Source: Stegostoma tigrinum (lineage: Eukaryota). From it: a stretch of 64,000 bases of DNA. Made by a program: the position numbers and the translations under genes. Below are positions 39,801 to 52,104 of this stretch, in pieces; position 1 is the stretch's first letter; the number at the start of each line of letters is the position of its first letter. The DNA lies in the NCBI RefSeq assembly GCF_030684315.1, contig NC_081395.1, forward strand, positions 14,149,542 through 14,213,541. The letters run 5' to 3'. The notes beneath the pieces are model-generated. The model worked only from the letters and a program-made list of their open reading frames with translations, was not told where the DNA came from and ran no database searches.

Positions 39801-40889
39801 TTTGTAAAGTGTTGGTGTTTGTAAAATGCTGAGGGAAAAGTATCGTGTGGTCCCTTTAAAAGATTGTGTTTATTTCTGCGCTTAGAAGTTTAAAATGGAT
39901 ATCTGTGAGCAGCTTGAAAGCTTGCAAGTACAGAAACTACCCAAATTGAAACTGTTGCATCAAAAAGCCATACTACTAGCAAGCAAAACAACATTTTTAC
40001 CAATGCAACAGGTTTTTAAATTCAGCCAATAAATTTGAACCAGGTCTTTAGGTACCAATCACCTCTTGAATTTATATCTGATGGTTTTGACAACCAATCT
40101 GACTGTAGAAATATTGTTATGCCATTCTGGGTGTAAAAGAGGGAGTCCATTGGAAAAATTGTCAGAGCTAACTGTCGTCTGCCAGAGCTAAGGGCTCTCT
40201 GCTCTCAGGAGAGAGTTGGTCGCTGTCACAAATCTCACAAGTTGTAGAATAAACACCATCTATTCCCAACAGTACCATGGCACACCTAGTTAATATTCCT
40301 GAAAGAAAAATTGACAGAGAATGCACAGAACATTAGGAAAGACATTGATTCATAGAGATTGATAAATTCTTGATCTCGCAAGGAATTAAGGGCTATGGGA
40401 AGACTGCAAGTAAGTGGAGTTGAAATGCCCATCAGCCATGATTAAATGGTAGAGTGGACTCAATGGGCTGAAGGCCTTACTTCCACTCCTATGTCTTATG
40501 GTCTTATGGTCTAAGACAAGTAGCCTGGCTGTAATTTGAGAGACTTAAATTCTATTCTTAATTGTTAAGAATTCTTAAGTGTGACTTATACTTATTGGAA
40601 CAGCATACTATTAGAATCTTGTTTTATTCAGAAATAGTTGTCAGCTAGAATGGAACTTTTAGTTTTTTTTAATAGTTCAGTTAATTTGTTCACTGTTAGA
40701 TTAGTAATTTGCTACTTGTTGAATATAAAGTGAGTGCAAGTCATTCATTTGATTTAAACACTAGAAGTCGCTGAAAGACAGATTATACCCCTTTTCACAC
40801 TCCTTTTACAGATTATAGAATGAGGATCTACTCTTTGGTGCTTTGGCTTTAATTCTCAGAGGTGAAGGGTCGATTTCCACTTCATAACA
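36850..40889 (+). mobile_element. Decayed Ty3/Gypsy LTR retrotransposon of Gmr1 type (integrase, RT, RNase H, 3' LTR)
   Basis: Integrase motifs at 37170-37735 (CHSCQMVGKP; YHPESQGALER; WDKGVPFILFAIRD...PFELIF), RT at about 38330-39050 (KNAPVTFQNLMN, YTDD), RNase H at 39174-39440 (DASDANVGAVLLQ); LTR-like TG...CA segment at about 39743-40889. Confidence 0.8.
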
Positions 40890-41214
40890 ATCGGCTAGGA
40901 CTTTTCACTGGTGTGTTTGGGTTGATGGGTGATCTAATAGAGATTTTTTAAAATCCTCAGTGGCATAGATAAATTGAACAACAAGTGTCTTTTCCATAGG
41001 GTGTGAAGGTTTAAAACTAGGGGTCAGATTTTTTAAGGAGAGAGGAGAAAGATTTAAAAAGGACATCAAGGGCAACATTCTTACATATAGAGTGGTTCAT
41101 GTGTGCAATGAATTTCGAGAGGAAGTGGTGGATGCAGGCTCATTTACAATGTTTAAATAACACCTGGACAAGTACATGAATAGGAAAGGTTTGGAGGGAT
41201 ATAGGCTAGATACA

Positions 41215-41431
41215 AGATAATAAAGTGTGAAGCTGGATGAACACAGCAGGCCAAGCAGCATCTCAGGAGCACAAAAGCTGAAGTTTCAGGCCTAGACCCC
41301 CTCTCTGATGAAGGGTCTAGGCCCGAAACATCAGCTTTAGTGCTCCTGAGATGCTGCTTGGCCTACTGTGTTCATCCAGCTTCACACTTTATTATCTTGG
41401 ATTCTCCAGCACCTGCAGTTCCCATTATCTC
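41215..41431. mobile_element. Short hairpin derivative of Penelope termini carrying a hammerhead motif, inserted into a CR1 tail
   Basis: Inverted arms of about 85 bp; 13-bp near-perfect duplication at 41202-41214 and 41432-41444. Confidence 0.85.
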
Positions 41432-41774
41432 TAGACTAGATACAGACAAGTGGGAATAGTTTAGTTTGGGAACAGAATTGGTGCACACTAGTTTATTATT
41501 TATTTATTATTTCCTTCCTGTATGACTCTATGACTCAAAGATTTCTCTCCAAAGTGGCATTATTATTTATCCTCCTTCTTCCCACAATTCCACGTGAACC
41601 ATTATCCTCATGTGCCCCACAATGCCACCCATAGTTTCACTGCTTGCCAATCATTTTGCATGAATATTTGGCAAAAAAATGAATAAAAGGAACTTAAAAT
41701 TCACGATAGAAGTTGGGAAGAAACAAACATTTTTCTTGATTTTCTCTTCATACCGGCCTCCTCCAACCCATATA

Positions 41775-41860
41775 ACACTACGCATGCGCGCCTCTGCAAT
41801 TGGCCCCTGTAAAGATGGCGGCCATCAATGAGGGCTTTGGACGTCTTCAGGTACGCTGCT
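41775..41860. promoter_or_regulatory. CpG-rich promoter-like element (NRF1-like, CCAAT and YY1 motifs)
   Basis: CGCATGCGCG at 41781-41790, ATTGG at 41799-41803, AAGATGGCGGC at 41812-41822. Confidence 0.5.
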
Positions 41861-42089
41861 ATTTCGTTTCTGCTTCAAACCAGGGCAGGAAGCTTCTTAT
41901 TTCGAATGGCATGATTTCCCGTTGTTTATAACTGTTTTCAATCCTTTCTCACTCCACTCGTCTGATGAACTGGGCTTACTTTCACATTTTACGAGCTTCT
42001 TTGTCTTGAAACGTACGACAGCCAGTCCCTCAATTACAACCATACTGCGCCTGTGCACTGAGAAACGAGTCTCACAAGTCCCCCTAAAC

Positions 42090-42197
42090 AGCGAAGTGTG
42101 AAGCTGGATGAACACAGCAGGTCTTGGCCTGCTGTGTTCATCCAGCTTCACACTTTGTTATCTTGGATTCTCCAGCATCTGCAGCCCCATTATCTCT
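42090..42197. mobile_element. Short hairpin derivative of Penelope termini
   Basis: aagtgtgaagctggatgaacacagcagg...cctgctgtgttcatccagcttcacactt; TCACAAGTCC repeated at 42072 and 42200. Confidence 0.8.
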
Positions 42198-42388
42198 AAT
42201 CACAAGTCCACCTCCTCTTCACTGACTCCGACTTTCTTGGAGCACCAGGTCTTCCGCTACGTCATTCAACCCCGCACCCTGTTCCTATTGGAGATAATGG
42301 GAACTGCAGATGCTGGAGAATTCCAAGATAATAAAATGTGAGGCTGGATGAACACAGCAGGCCAAGCAGCATCTCAGGAGCACAAAAG

Positions 42389-42420
42389 CTGACGTTTCGG
42401 GCCGAGACCCTTCATCAGAG
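42389..42420 (-). ncRNA. Minimal hammerhead ribozyme motif
   Basis: Reverse strand reads CTCTGATGAAGGGTCTCGGCCCGAAACGTCAG. Confidence 0.75.
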
Positions 42421-45080
42421 AGGGGGATGGGGAGAGGGAACTGGAATAAATAGGGAGAGAGGGGGAGGCGGACTGAAGATGGAGAGAAAAGAAGATAGGT
42501 GGAGAGAGTATAGGTGGAGAGGTAGGGAGGGGATAGGTCAGTCCAGGGAAGACGGACAGGTCAAGGAGGTGGGATGAGGTTAGTAGGTAGATGGGGGTGT
42601 GGCTTGGGGTGGGAGGAAGGGATGGGTGAGAGGAAGAACCGGTTAGGGAGGCAGAGACAGGTTGGACTGGTTTTGGGATGCAATGGGTGGGGGGGAAGAG
42701 CTGGGCTGGTTGCGTGGTGCAGTGGGGGGAGGGGACGAACTGGGCTGGTTTAGGGTTGCAGTAGGGGAAGGGGAGATTTTGAAACTGGTGAAGTCCACAT
42801 TGATACCATATGGCTGCAGGGTTCCCAGGCGGAATATGAGTTGCTGTTCCTGCAACCTTCGGGTGGCATCGTTGTGGCAGTGCAGGAGGCCCATGATGGA
42901 CATGTCATCTAGAGAATGGGAGGGGGAGTGGAAATGGTTTGCGACTGGGAGGTTCAGTTGTTTGTTGTGAACTGAGGGGAGGTGTTCTGCAAAGCGGTCC
43001 CCAAGCCTCCGCTTGGTTTCCCCAATGTAGAGGAAGCCGCACCGGGTACAGTGGATGCAGTATACCACATTGGCAGATGTGCAGGTGAACCTCTGCTTAA
43101 TGTGGAATGTCATCTTGGGGCCTGGGATAGGGGTGAGGGAGGAGGTGTGGGGACAAGTGTAGCATTTCCTGCGCTTGCAGGGGAAGGTGCCGGGTGTGGT
43201 GGGGTTGGAGGGCAGTGTGGAGCGAACAAGGGAGTCACGGAGAGAGTGGTCTCTCCGGAAAGCAGACAGGGGTGGGCATGGAAAAATGTCTTGGGTGGTG
43301 GGGTCGGATTGTAAATGGCGGAAGTGTCGGAGGATGATGCGTTGTATCCGGAGGTTGGTAGGGTGGTGTGTGAGAACGAGGGGGATTCTCTTAGGGCGGT
43401 TGTGGCGGGGTGGGGTGTGAGGGATGTGTTGCGGGAAATACGGGAGACGCGGTCAAGGGCGTTCTCGATCACTGTGGGGGGAAAGTTGCGGTCCTTAAAG
43501 AACATGGACATCTGGGATGTACGGGAGTGGAATGTCTTATCGTGGGAGCAGATGCGGCGGAGGCGGAGGAATTGGGAATAGGGGATGGAATTTTTGCAGG
43601 AGGGTGGGTGGGAGGAGGTGTATTCTAGGTAGCTGTGGGAGTCGGTGGGCTTGAAATGGACATCAGTTACAAGCTGGTTGCCTGAGATGGAGACTGAGAG
43701 GTCCAAGAAGGTGAGGGATGTGCTGGAGATGGCGCAGGTGAACTGAAGGTTGGGGTGGAAGGTGTTGGTGAAGTGGATGAACTGTTCGAGCTCCTCTGGG
43801 GAGCCGGCGGCGCCGATACAGTCATCAATGTACCGGAGGAAGAGGTGGGGTTTGGGGCCTGTGTAGGTGCGGAAGAGGGACTGTTCCACGTAACCTACAA
43901 AGAGGCAGGCATAGCTGGGGCCCATGCGGGTGCCCATGGCCACCCCCTTAGTCTGTAGGAAGTGGGAGGAGTCAAAAGAGAAGTTGTTGAGTGTGAGGAC
44001 GAGTTCAGCTAGGCGGATGAGAGTGTCGGTGGAGGGGGACTGGTCGGGCCTCCGGGACAGGAAGAAGCGGAGTGCCTTGAGGCCATTTCCATGCGGAATG
44101 CAGGTGTACAGGGACTGGACGTCCATGGTGAATATGAGGTGTTGGGGGCCAGGGAATTGGAAGTCCTGGAGGAGGTGGAGGGCGTGGGTGGTGTCACGGA
44201 CGTAGGTGGGGACCCCTCACACCCCGCCCCCACAACCGCCCTAAGAGAATCCCCCTCGTTCTCACACACCACCCTACCAACCTCCGGATACAACGCATCA
44301 TCCTCCGACACTTCCGCCATTTACAATCCGACCCCACCACCCAAGACATTTTTCCATCCCCACCCCTGTCTGCTTTCCGGAGAAACCACTCTCTCCGTGA
44401 CTCCCTTGTTCGCTCCACACTGCCCTCCAACCCCACCACACCCGGCACCTTCCCCTGCAAGCGCAGGAAATGCTACACTTGTCCCCACACCTCCTCCCTC
44501 ACCCCTATCCCAGGCCCCAAGATGACATTCCACATTAAGCAGAGGTTCACCTGCACATCTGCCAATGTGGTATACTGCATCCACTGTACCCGGTGCGGCT
44601 TCCTCTACATTGGGGAAACCAAGCGGAGGCTTGGGGACTGCTTTGCAGAACACCTCCGCTCAGTTCGCAACAAACAACTGCACCTCCCAGTCGCAAACCA
44701 TTTCCACTCCCCCTCCCATTCTCTAGATGACATGTCCATCATGGGCCTCCTGCACTGCCACAATGATGCCACCCGAAGGTTGCAGGAACAGCAACTCATA
44801 TGCCGCCTGGGAACCCTGCAGCCTAATGGTATCAATGTGGACTTCACCAGTTTCAAAATCTCCCCTTCCCCTACTGCAACCCTAAACCAGCCCAGTTCGT
44901 CCCCTCCCCCCACTGCACCACGCAACCAGCCCAGCTCTTCCCCGCCCACCCACTGCATCCCAAAACCAGTCCAACCTGTCTCTGAGATAATGGGAACTGC
45001 AGATGCTGGAGATTCCAAGATAATAAAATGTGAGGCTGGATGAACACAGCAGGCCAAGCAGCATCTCAGGAGCACAAAAG

Positions 45081-45112
45081 CTGACGTTTCGGGCCTAGAC
45101 CCTTCATCAGAG
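45081..45112 (-). ncRNA. Minimal hammerhead ribozyme motif
   Basis: Reverse complement of the same core. Confidence 0.75.
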
Positions 45113-45214
45113 AGCGAAGTGTGAAGTTGGATGAACACAGCAGGTCTTGGCCTGCTGTGTTCATCCAGCTTCACACTTTGTTATCTTGGATTCTCCAGCA
45201 TCTGCAGCCCCATT

Positions 45215-45246
45215 CTCTGATGAAGGGTCTAGGCCCGAAACGTCAG
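45215..45246 (+). ncRNA. Minimal hammerhead ribozyme motif
   Basis: Identical core to 45550-45581. Confidence 0.75.
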
Positions 45247-45549
45247 CTTTTGTGCTCCTGAGATGCTGCTTGGCCTGCTGTGTTCATCCAGCCTCACATT
45301 TTATCAACCTGTCTCTGCCTCCCTAACCGGTTCTTCCTCTCACCCATCCCTTCCTCCCACCCCAAGCCGCACCCCCATCTACCTACTAACCTCATCCCAC
45401 CTCCTTGACCTGTCCGTCTTCCCTGGACTGACCTATCCCCTCCCTACCTCTCCACCTATACTCTCTCCACCTATCTTCTTTTCTCTCCATCTTTGGTCCG
45501 CCTCCCCCCCCCCTCCCTATTTATTCCAGTTCCCTCTCCCCATCCCCCT

Positions 45550-45581
45550 CTCTGATGAAGGGTCTAGGCCCGAAACGTCAG
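45550..45581 (+). ncRNA. Minimal type I hammerhead ribozyme motif (Penelope terminus)
   Basis: CT-CTGATGA-aGGGtctaggCCC-GAAAC-GTC-AG: full core, stem II, palindromic ACGT stem III and GUC cleavage triplet. Confidence 0.75.
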
Positions 45582-46098
45582 CTTTTGTGCTCCTGAGATG
45601 CTGCTTGGCCTGCTGTGTTCATCCAGCCTCACATTTTATTTCCCTGTTCCTATTGGTCAGGTGCCCCTTTCAATCGTGCAGGCCACATTGTGATCCTGAG
45701 CAGGCGCACTGTGGTAAGAAGGTGAGCGCTGGAGCGCAAAGCAAGCTGGGAACGTGATTGCCGGCCCCAAATCCCGCTCTGTGGTTTTTGCTTCCTTCAC
45801 TGTCTCACGGGGTCATCCATTTAATGCAGAGAGAAAGAATTTAATCTCTCAGAAAGCAGTGAATCAGTAGACTGCGTTACTGCAGAGGACTGTCAAGACT
45901 GACTGGTTCACAAAGGCTGGCCGGTTCAATATGAACATCAGAAATAGGAACAGGGTGAGACCATTCAGTCCCTCAAGCCCTCATTCAGTAGGGTCATACT
46001 TGATCGTACATTCCAGACGTCTGCTCTTCTGCCCTTTACCCATAACCCTTTATTCCCTGACTGATCAGGAAACTACCTCAACCTAAAATATACATATA

Positions 46099-46390
46099 GG
46101 GGCGGCATGGTGGCTCAGTGGTAAGCACTCACAGCACCAGGGACCCGCATTCAATTCCAGCCTCTGTGGGGACTTTGCATGTTCTCCCCACATGGATTTT
46201 CTCCGGGTGCTGCAGTTTCCTCCCACAGTCCAAACATGTGGAGGTCAGAGGGATTGACCATGCTAAATTGCCCGTCATATTCAGGGATTGTGTGTGTTTT
46301 AGGGGGATGGGTCTGGGAGGGATGCTGCAAGGGTCAGTGTGGACTTGTTGGGGCAAAGGGCCTGTTTCCACACTGTAGGGATTCTATAAG
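46099..46390 (+). mobile_element. tRNA-derived SINE (same family as 5963-6240)
   Basis: gggcggcatggtggctcagtgg head and shared body and tail. Confidence 0.8.
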
Positions 46391-48009
46391 CACTGTGCCC
46401 CCGCAGTTCTCCGTGGATTTCCAATGACATTAAATTCAATTCTCGGAATACTGATATTCTATCCTCTGGCTGAGACTCTCCCATGAAGGGAAACATTCTT
46501 TCACCATTTAGCCTGTTAAGAGTCTTATGTGTTTCAATGCGATTGCCATTCAAGGCTGAGAAACACATTTTTAAGCAGTTGAATAAAGGCAAAATTCTGG
46601 GCAGCCTCTAAATCTAAAACAAACTTACAGCACAGTCACAACTCAGCAGGCCTGGAAGTATCTATGAGGAGGAAAGCAGCTGACACTTCGAAACTTGTGC
46701 AACTTCTTCAGAACTAATCAATATATAAATCAAATTTTATGGGAAACAGAAATGACAGTGGAGCTGAGGTTTATCAGATCAATTCTGTCCTCCTTAGATA
46801 GGAGTCAAATTGATGGGCTGAATGGCCTCTTTGTGCTCCCACATCTCACTCTGTCTCCCTCTCTCTCTCTGGTCGCTCAGTCTGCACATGCTCCAGCAAT
46901 AGTTTAGCACTGTGCTTGCCTGCACAATGGTTCTATCACCCACACTTCACTTACTCTGGCAACAGCAGTGTGAGCATTGGGACTGTGGTCATAGTCAAGA
47001 GGTTAAGGTGATGGAATTGAAATGATCCTCACAGAAATTCTTACCTTTCAGACTTTTTCATGACTTTAAATACATGACTGTGGATTTATCAGTGGCAGAG
47101 AATACAAATCTTGCATTTTACTTCTGTGCATCTGTCACATCACAAAATTTGGAATCATAATCGGTGGAATCTTTTGCCATGGTAGCTTCATCCGTGTGCT
47201 CTGAGATGCTGTGTTACATTTCTACTTTCCATGATGATTAGCGTTTAAGTTCCATAGTAGCCATATTTCCTGTTAGTTCACCTTCAGATATGTCAGAAAA
47301 TATATTTGGAGACATAAGTGACAGTTTAGATTTAAAGCAGGAGCTGTGTAATGTTTTACTGTGACAGGAAAAGTGAGGAACAGCAATGAAAATATCAATA
47401 TAAATGAGAGAGACAGTGGCATGGGCACTGAAAAGAATAGATCTTCTTGGACCACTCCATATGATTGTTAACATTGATTGGCGGGCAGGGGGATTGATAT
47501 CTCAGCACAACAGAAGTTGCTCTGGAGCAATGATGTGTTTCAGAACAGTACTTGTTGATGTAATCTAATGACAGCATTTGACAAAATACAGAATCACTTG
47601 GGTGAAAATATTACCTCTCCCACATTTAGTCCGGGAAATGTTAAGTTTCAGTCTGTTGACCAGCTGTCCTGGCTATTCTCAAACTGAGTTACTGAGAGGA
47701 GAAAGGCTGAACACTTCGGCCAGTGAAGTCACTGCCCTTCTTAACTAGATCAGTTTCCAGCCTGAGCCCACACTGGGAGTTCCAGTCCTCCCGGAAGTTG
47801 GGTTCTGTTCAAGCTGAAAAATCTGCTGTAAGGATTGATTTTATTTTTAAATTGTTGGTTGATGAGAAAAGAAGTTTACATTTACAGGGTGCCATGCAAC
47901 AGTTCAGGCCATCTGAAAGCAATTCACTGTCTGTGAGGCACTTTTTGAATTACAAACTCTCGACGAGATTTGGAAGTCAAGTCTAACACAGTGATATCCT
48001 GCAGACGAT

Positions 48010-48375
48010 AACAAGATGACCAGAGTCAGCGAAAAAATGAGTGAGATTCTGAATGAGTCAGAGAAAATGAGTGAGATTCTTAATGAGTACTTTGTGTCGG
48101 TATTCACCGAGGAGAGGGACATGACGGATGTTGATGTTACGAATAATTGTTTGATTAATCTAGGTCAACCCAGCATAAGGAGGAGGCAAGTGTTGGGTTT
48201 TCTAAAAAGGCATTAGGTTGGACAAGTCCCCAGGTCCGAATAGTATCTATCCCAGGTTCTGAGCGAAGTGAGAGAGGAAATAGCTGGGGCCTTAACAGAT
48301 ATCTTTGCAGAATCCTTGAGAACAGGTGAGGTTCTGGAGGACTGGAAAATTGCTAATGTTGTCCCCTTGTTTGCA
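48010..48375 (+). mobile_element. CR1 LINE ORF2 fragment with an internal tandem duplication of about 30 bp
   Basis: SEKMSEILNE twice, then YFVSVFTEE; KSPGP; EDWKIANVVPLF. Confidence 0.75.
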
Positions 48376-49284
48376 TATTAAAGAAGTTAGCCACCTACTG
48401 TTCCACCTCCATAATGTCCCTTCAGTCCACTGGTTCTAACCAATTGCAGAATCATCATAACCAATTATACATTACCAATATCCACACTACGCACACTCCA
48501 CTGAAGACCTTGATGTACATGTTCCATTTAAAGTCTCGGTCTGTGCCTGCGCAAAATCCACCTATCACTAGTGTGCAGCATTTTCTGTTCAGTCCTTTGA
48601 AAGAAACAAAAGCAATGAATGACTTCAAGAAAGATTGAGATATAGCACTTAAGGCTGAAGCAATTAAAGGATTTGGGGTAAAGCAGGAACAGTCTCTGTT
48701 GGGTGTTCAGCCAGGTTCACAATAATGGGCATATTAGGTCCAAAGGGCCATTCAGCACACTCCTGCTCCTATCTTATTTGTTCCAATGTTTAAAACATTG
48801 GAATATTAACTAGTGTTGAAAATGATTAAATCCTTTCGTACAGTCTTTTGAGAGTGATAGCTTTGCAATATCAGTACATTTTATGAACAATGTATTAATT
48901 TCCATATTCAAATGTTGACTAATCTTTTCACAGTTGGATTCTACATGCTTCCAACTCAGAGGATATCAAAAATCTTTCTGTTCATGAATTCCATGTGCTT
49001 TCTACTCTTCAATTTAAGAAACTGAATTAATTAACTGTTGATTTATCAAAAACCCATCTGGTTCACTAATGTCCTTTAGGGAAGGAAACCAACCGTCCAT
49101 ACCAGGTCTGCCTACATGTGCTTGAGTCTTAAATGCTCTTTGTAACAACTGTTAAATGTCTGAAAGAAAATGAAACCTAATGGACCACCTGACATTGACG
49201 TATGCAATTGAAACAACAATGGCAAAAATGGTCTACCAGTTCTAACTGTGCAAAGTCCTCCTGACTAGCATCTGATCTGATCTA

Positions 49285-50790
49285 TTTTATCCGAGGAGTT
49301 CCTGTGAAGTCAGGAAGGGAATTACGGGGCCACTTGCAGAAATACTTGTATCATTTATAAATACGGGTGAGGTGCCAAGTGACTGGAGATTAGCTAATGT
49401 TGTGCCTTTGTTTAAGTAGGGATGTAAGGAGAAGCCTGGGAAATATGGACCTGCAAGTCTGACTTCACAGGCGGGTAAATTTTTGGAGGTGATTTGCAAA
49501 GGTAGGATTTATATGCATTTGGAGAGTCAAGGAATAATTAGTAATTGTCAGCATAGTTTTGTGTGAGGGAACTCATGTCCCACAAACTTGATTGAGTTTT
49601 TTCAGGATGTAACCAAGAAGAATGATGACGGCAGAGCAAGTAGCCATAGTTTACTTGGACTTTAGGAAAGTCTTTGACAAGGTTCTGCATGGTAGACTGA
49701 TTAGTAAAGTTAGATCACATGCAATTAGGTTGAGCTGGCTACTTGGATACATACAGCAGGAAACAGAGAGTGATGGTAGAGGGTCGTTTTTTGGACTGGA
49801 GGCCTGTGACAAGTGATGTTCCACAGGAAGTGGTGTTAGGTCGACATTTGTCTGTCATTCATATAAATGATTTAGATGAGAATATAGAAAGCATAGCTCA
49901 CAAGTTTGTGGATGTCACCAAGGTTGGCACTATAGGTGACTGTGAAGAAGGTTATCTAAGATTATGAAGAGACCTTGATCAATTTGAGTCAATTGCCTGA
50001 TTATTGGAAGCTGGAGTTCAATTTGGATAAATGCAAACGATACAATTAAATGTAGTGCCTTGGGTTGTGTTATAGAAGAGAGAGACCTAGGGGTTGGAAT
50101 ACATAATTCTTTGAAGTTTGTATCACATAAAAGTAGGGTGGTTTAAAAGGGTGTTTACCACGCTTGCTTGCATTGCACAGAACTTTGTGTATAGGAGTTG
50201 GGCCATTATGTTCAGGTTGTACAGGACATTAGTGAATCCACTTCTCAGTACTGCATCCAGTTCTGGTCTCCCTGTTATAGGAAGGACGTTATTAAGCTGG
50301 AGTTGGTTCATAAGATATTTACCAGGAAGTTGCAGGCAATAGACCGTTTTAGTTACAAGGAGGGGTTGGATAGACTGAGATATTTTTCATTGCAGCATAG
50401 GAGGTTGAGAGATGACCTTACAGAGGTTTATAAAATGATAAGAGGTATAGAAAAGATAAATAGCAGTTGGCTTTTTCCTGGGTTTGGAGATTTCAAGGCG
50501 AGGAGGGCATATGTTCAAGGTGGAGGAGAAAGATTTGAAAGAGCTGTGAGGGACAATTTGTTTCATATAGAGAATTGTTCGAATGTGGAATGAATTTCCA
50601 GAGGAAGTGATGGATGTGGGGACAGTTACAAGTTTAAAAATCATTTAGATAAGTACATAAATGAGGAATGTTTGTCAGGATAAGGGCCAGGCACAGGCAG
50701 GAGAGACTAGTTTAAATTGGGATTATGATGTTCACGGACTGGTTAGATTGAGTGGTCTTTTTCCATGCTGTAGGACTCCATTTGACAGCT
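49285..50790 (+). mobile_element. CR1 LINE 3' part (RT), degenerate
   Basis: YLDFRKVFDKVLHGRL, HINDLDE, QYCIQFWSPCYRKD, RRLRDDLTEVYK. Confidence 0.88.
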
Positions 50791-52104
50791 AGTGCTAAAA
50801 TTGAGTGCGTTCTCTCACAGACTGGTCGATTAAAAAGCCTGACACAGAATCACACTTTAAAGAACATGTCTCACGTGCTGCCATCACTATTCCTCGATAT
50901 GTTGTGTCCCACTGACAGGAGAGACCCAGCAGATGTTCTGGCATATTGGTTCAGGAAACAGTCTGCCACAGATGAATTTGGGCATGGTAGCACTGAAAAG
51001 AATGACCACTGCACAATCCTTATGGAAATAAAGTTCTGCCTTCACTTCGATAATATATCATGTGCTATATGACACTATCTCTGTGCTGAATGAGATATTT
51101 ATTTAAATAGATCTAGCAATCCAAGATTGAATTTTCACAAGGCACTGTAGTCATCAGTGGTCAAATTGTATTTGAACATAATCTGCAATGTATTGGCCTC
51201 CTATATACTGTACTTTACCAATGCTGTCATGCCAGAGTTCAATCTTGGTTCAACGAAGAGTGCAGGAGAGCATGCCAGGAACAGGACCATGCACACCTAA
51301 AAATGCTGTGTCAACCAACTGAAGCTACAAAACAAGATTATGTGTGTGCTAAATGGCTTAACCAGCAATTAACAGACAGATTTAAATGAATCTATGTCTG
51401 AAGGACTAAATCTCAGCTCTGCAGTCCCACCCCATCCAGTCGTGAATGATTGTAAATAATGAAACAACTCACTAGTTGAGGAGGTTGCAAAAGTACCTTA
51501 ACGATGGGAGACCCAAGCACATGCAAAGTGGGAAGTGCTGAGTCGATGATCCAAATTGGCCTCCTCCAGACGTTCCTGCCATCACTGATGCCAATTTGCA
51601 GCCTATTTTGTTCACTCCAAGTGATTTCAGCAAACAGCTGGAGGCCCTGGATACTGCAAGGGCTGCAGGTCCTGACAAAATTCTAGTGATTGAATTAGTA
51701 TCACTTTAAAGCACTGTAGAAACCTCTTCCATCTGTTTGCTGAGAATTGACAATGCGTATGATGCAGACATTTGGCTGGGTTAAGTTTGTCCTGACTTTA
51801 GTTACAGAACACAACTGTGCAATTGTCCATATTGTCAAGTATGTATTATGGCTGTAGCAGTACTCAAACAGCTGAATTAACGGCACACTGGTTTTGGGTA
51901 CGTCCTTTCAGTATTATTGCCACAATGTTGTGAGGGGATTTGTTTTGTGAGGGGAATTATGCCACAATGGGTTCCTTCCCATCACTTACTCCTTTGCAAC
52001 TTTATCACAACTGCCAAGACGAAAATATTTTCAATGTTGGTTTCAATTTCGCCAGGGTCTCACTATTCCTCATCTTTGTTACATTCTCAGGAAACAGCGA
52101 CCTC

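Larger units (their letters stand above)
42292..45641. mobile_element. Young Penelope-like composite: minus arm to about 44211 (RT and GIY-YIG), plus arm from about 44213, nested hairpin insert
   Basis: ORFs 43110-44126 (MDVQSLYT, GVAMGTRMGP, RYIDD) and 42643-43113 / 44522-45043 (GIY-YIG); 15-bp target duplication CCCTGTTCCTATTGG at 42277-42291 and 45642-45656. Confidence 0.93.

Noticed and set aside
42338-45757. Many overlapping 60-190 aa ORFs on both strands
   Set aside because: They are antisense or alternative frames of GC-rich Penelope sequence and recur in every copy.
48020-48085. Tandem duplication of about 30 bp
   Set aside because: A local slippage event inside a dead CR1 fragment with no sign of function.
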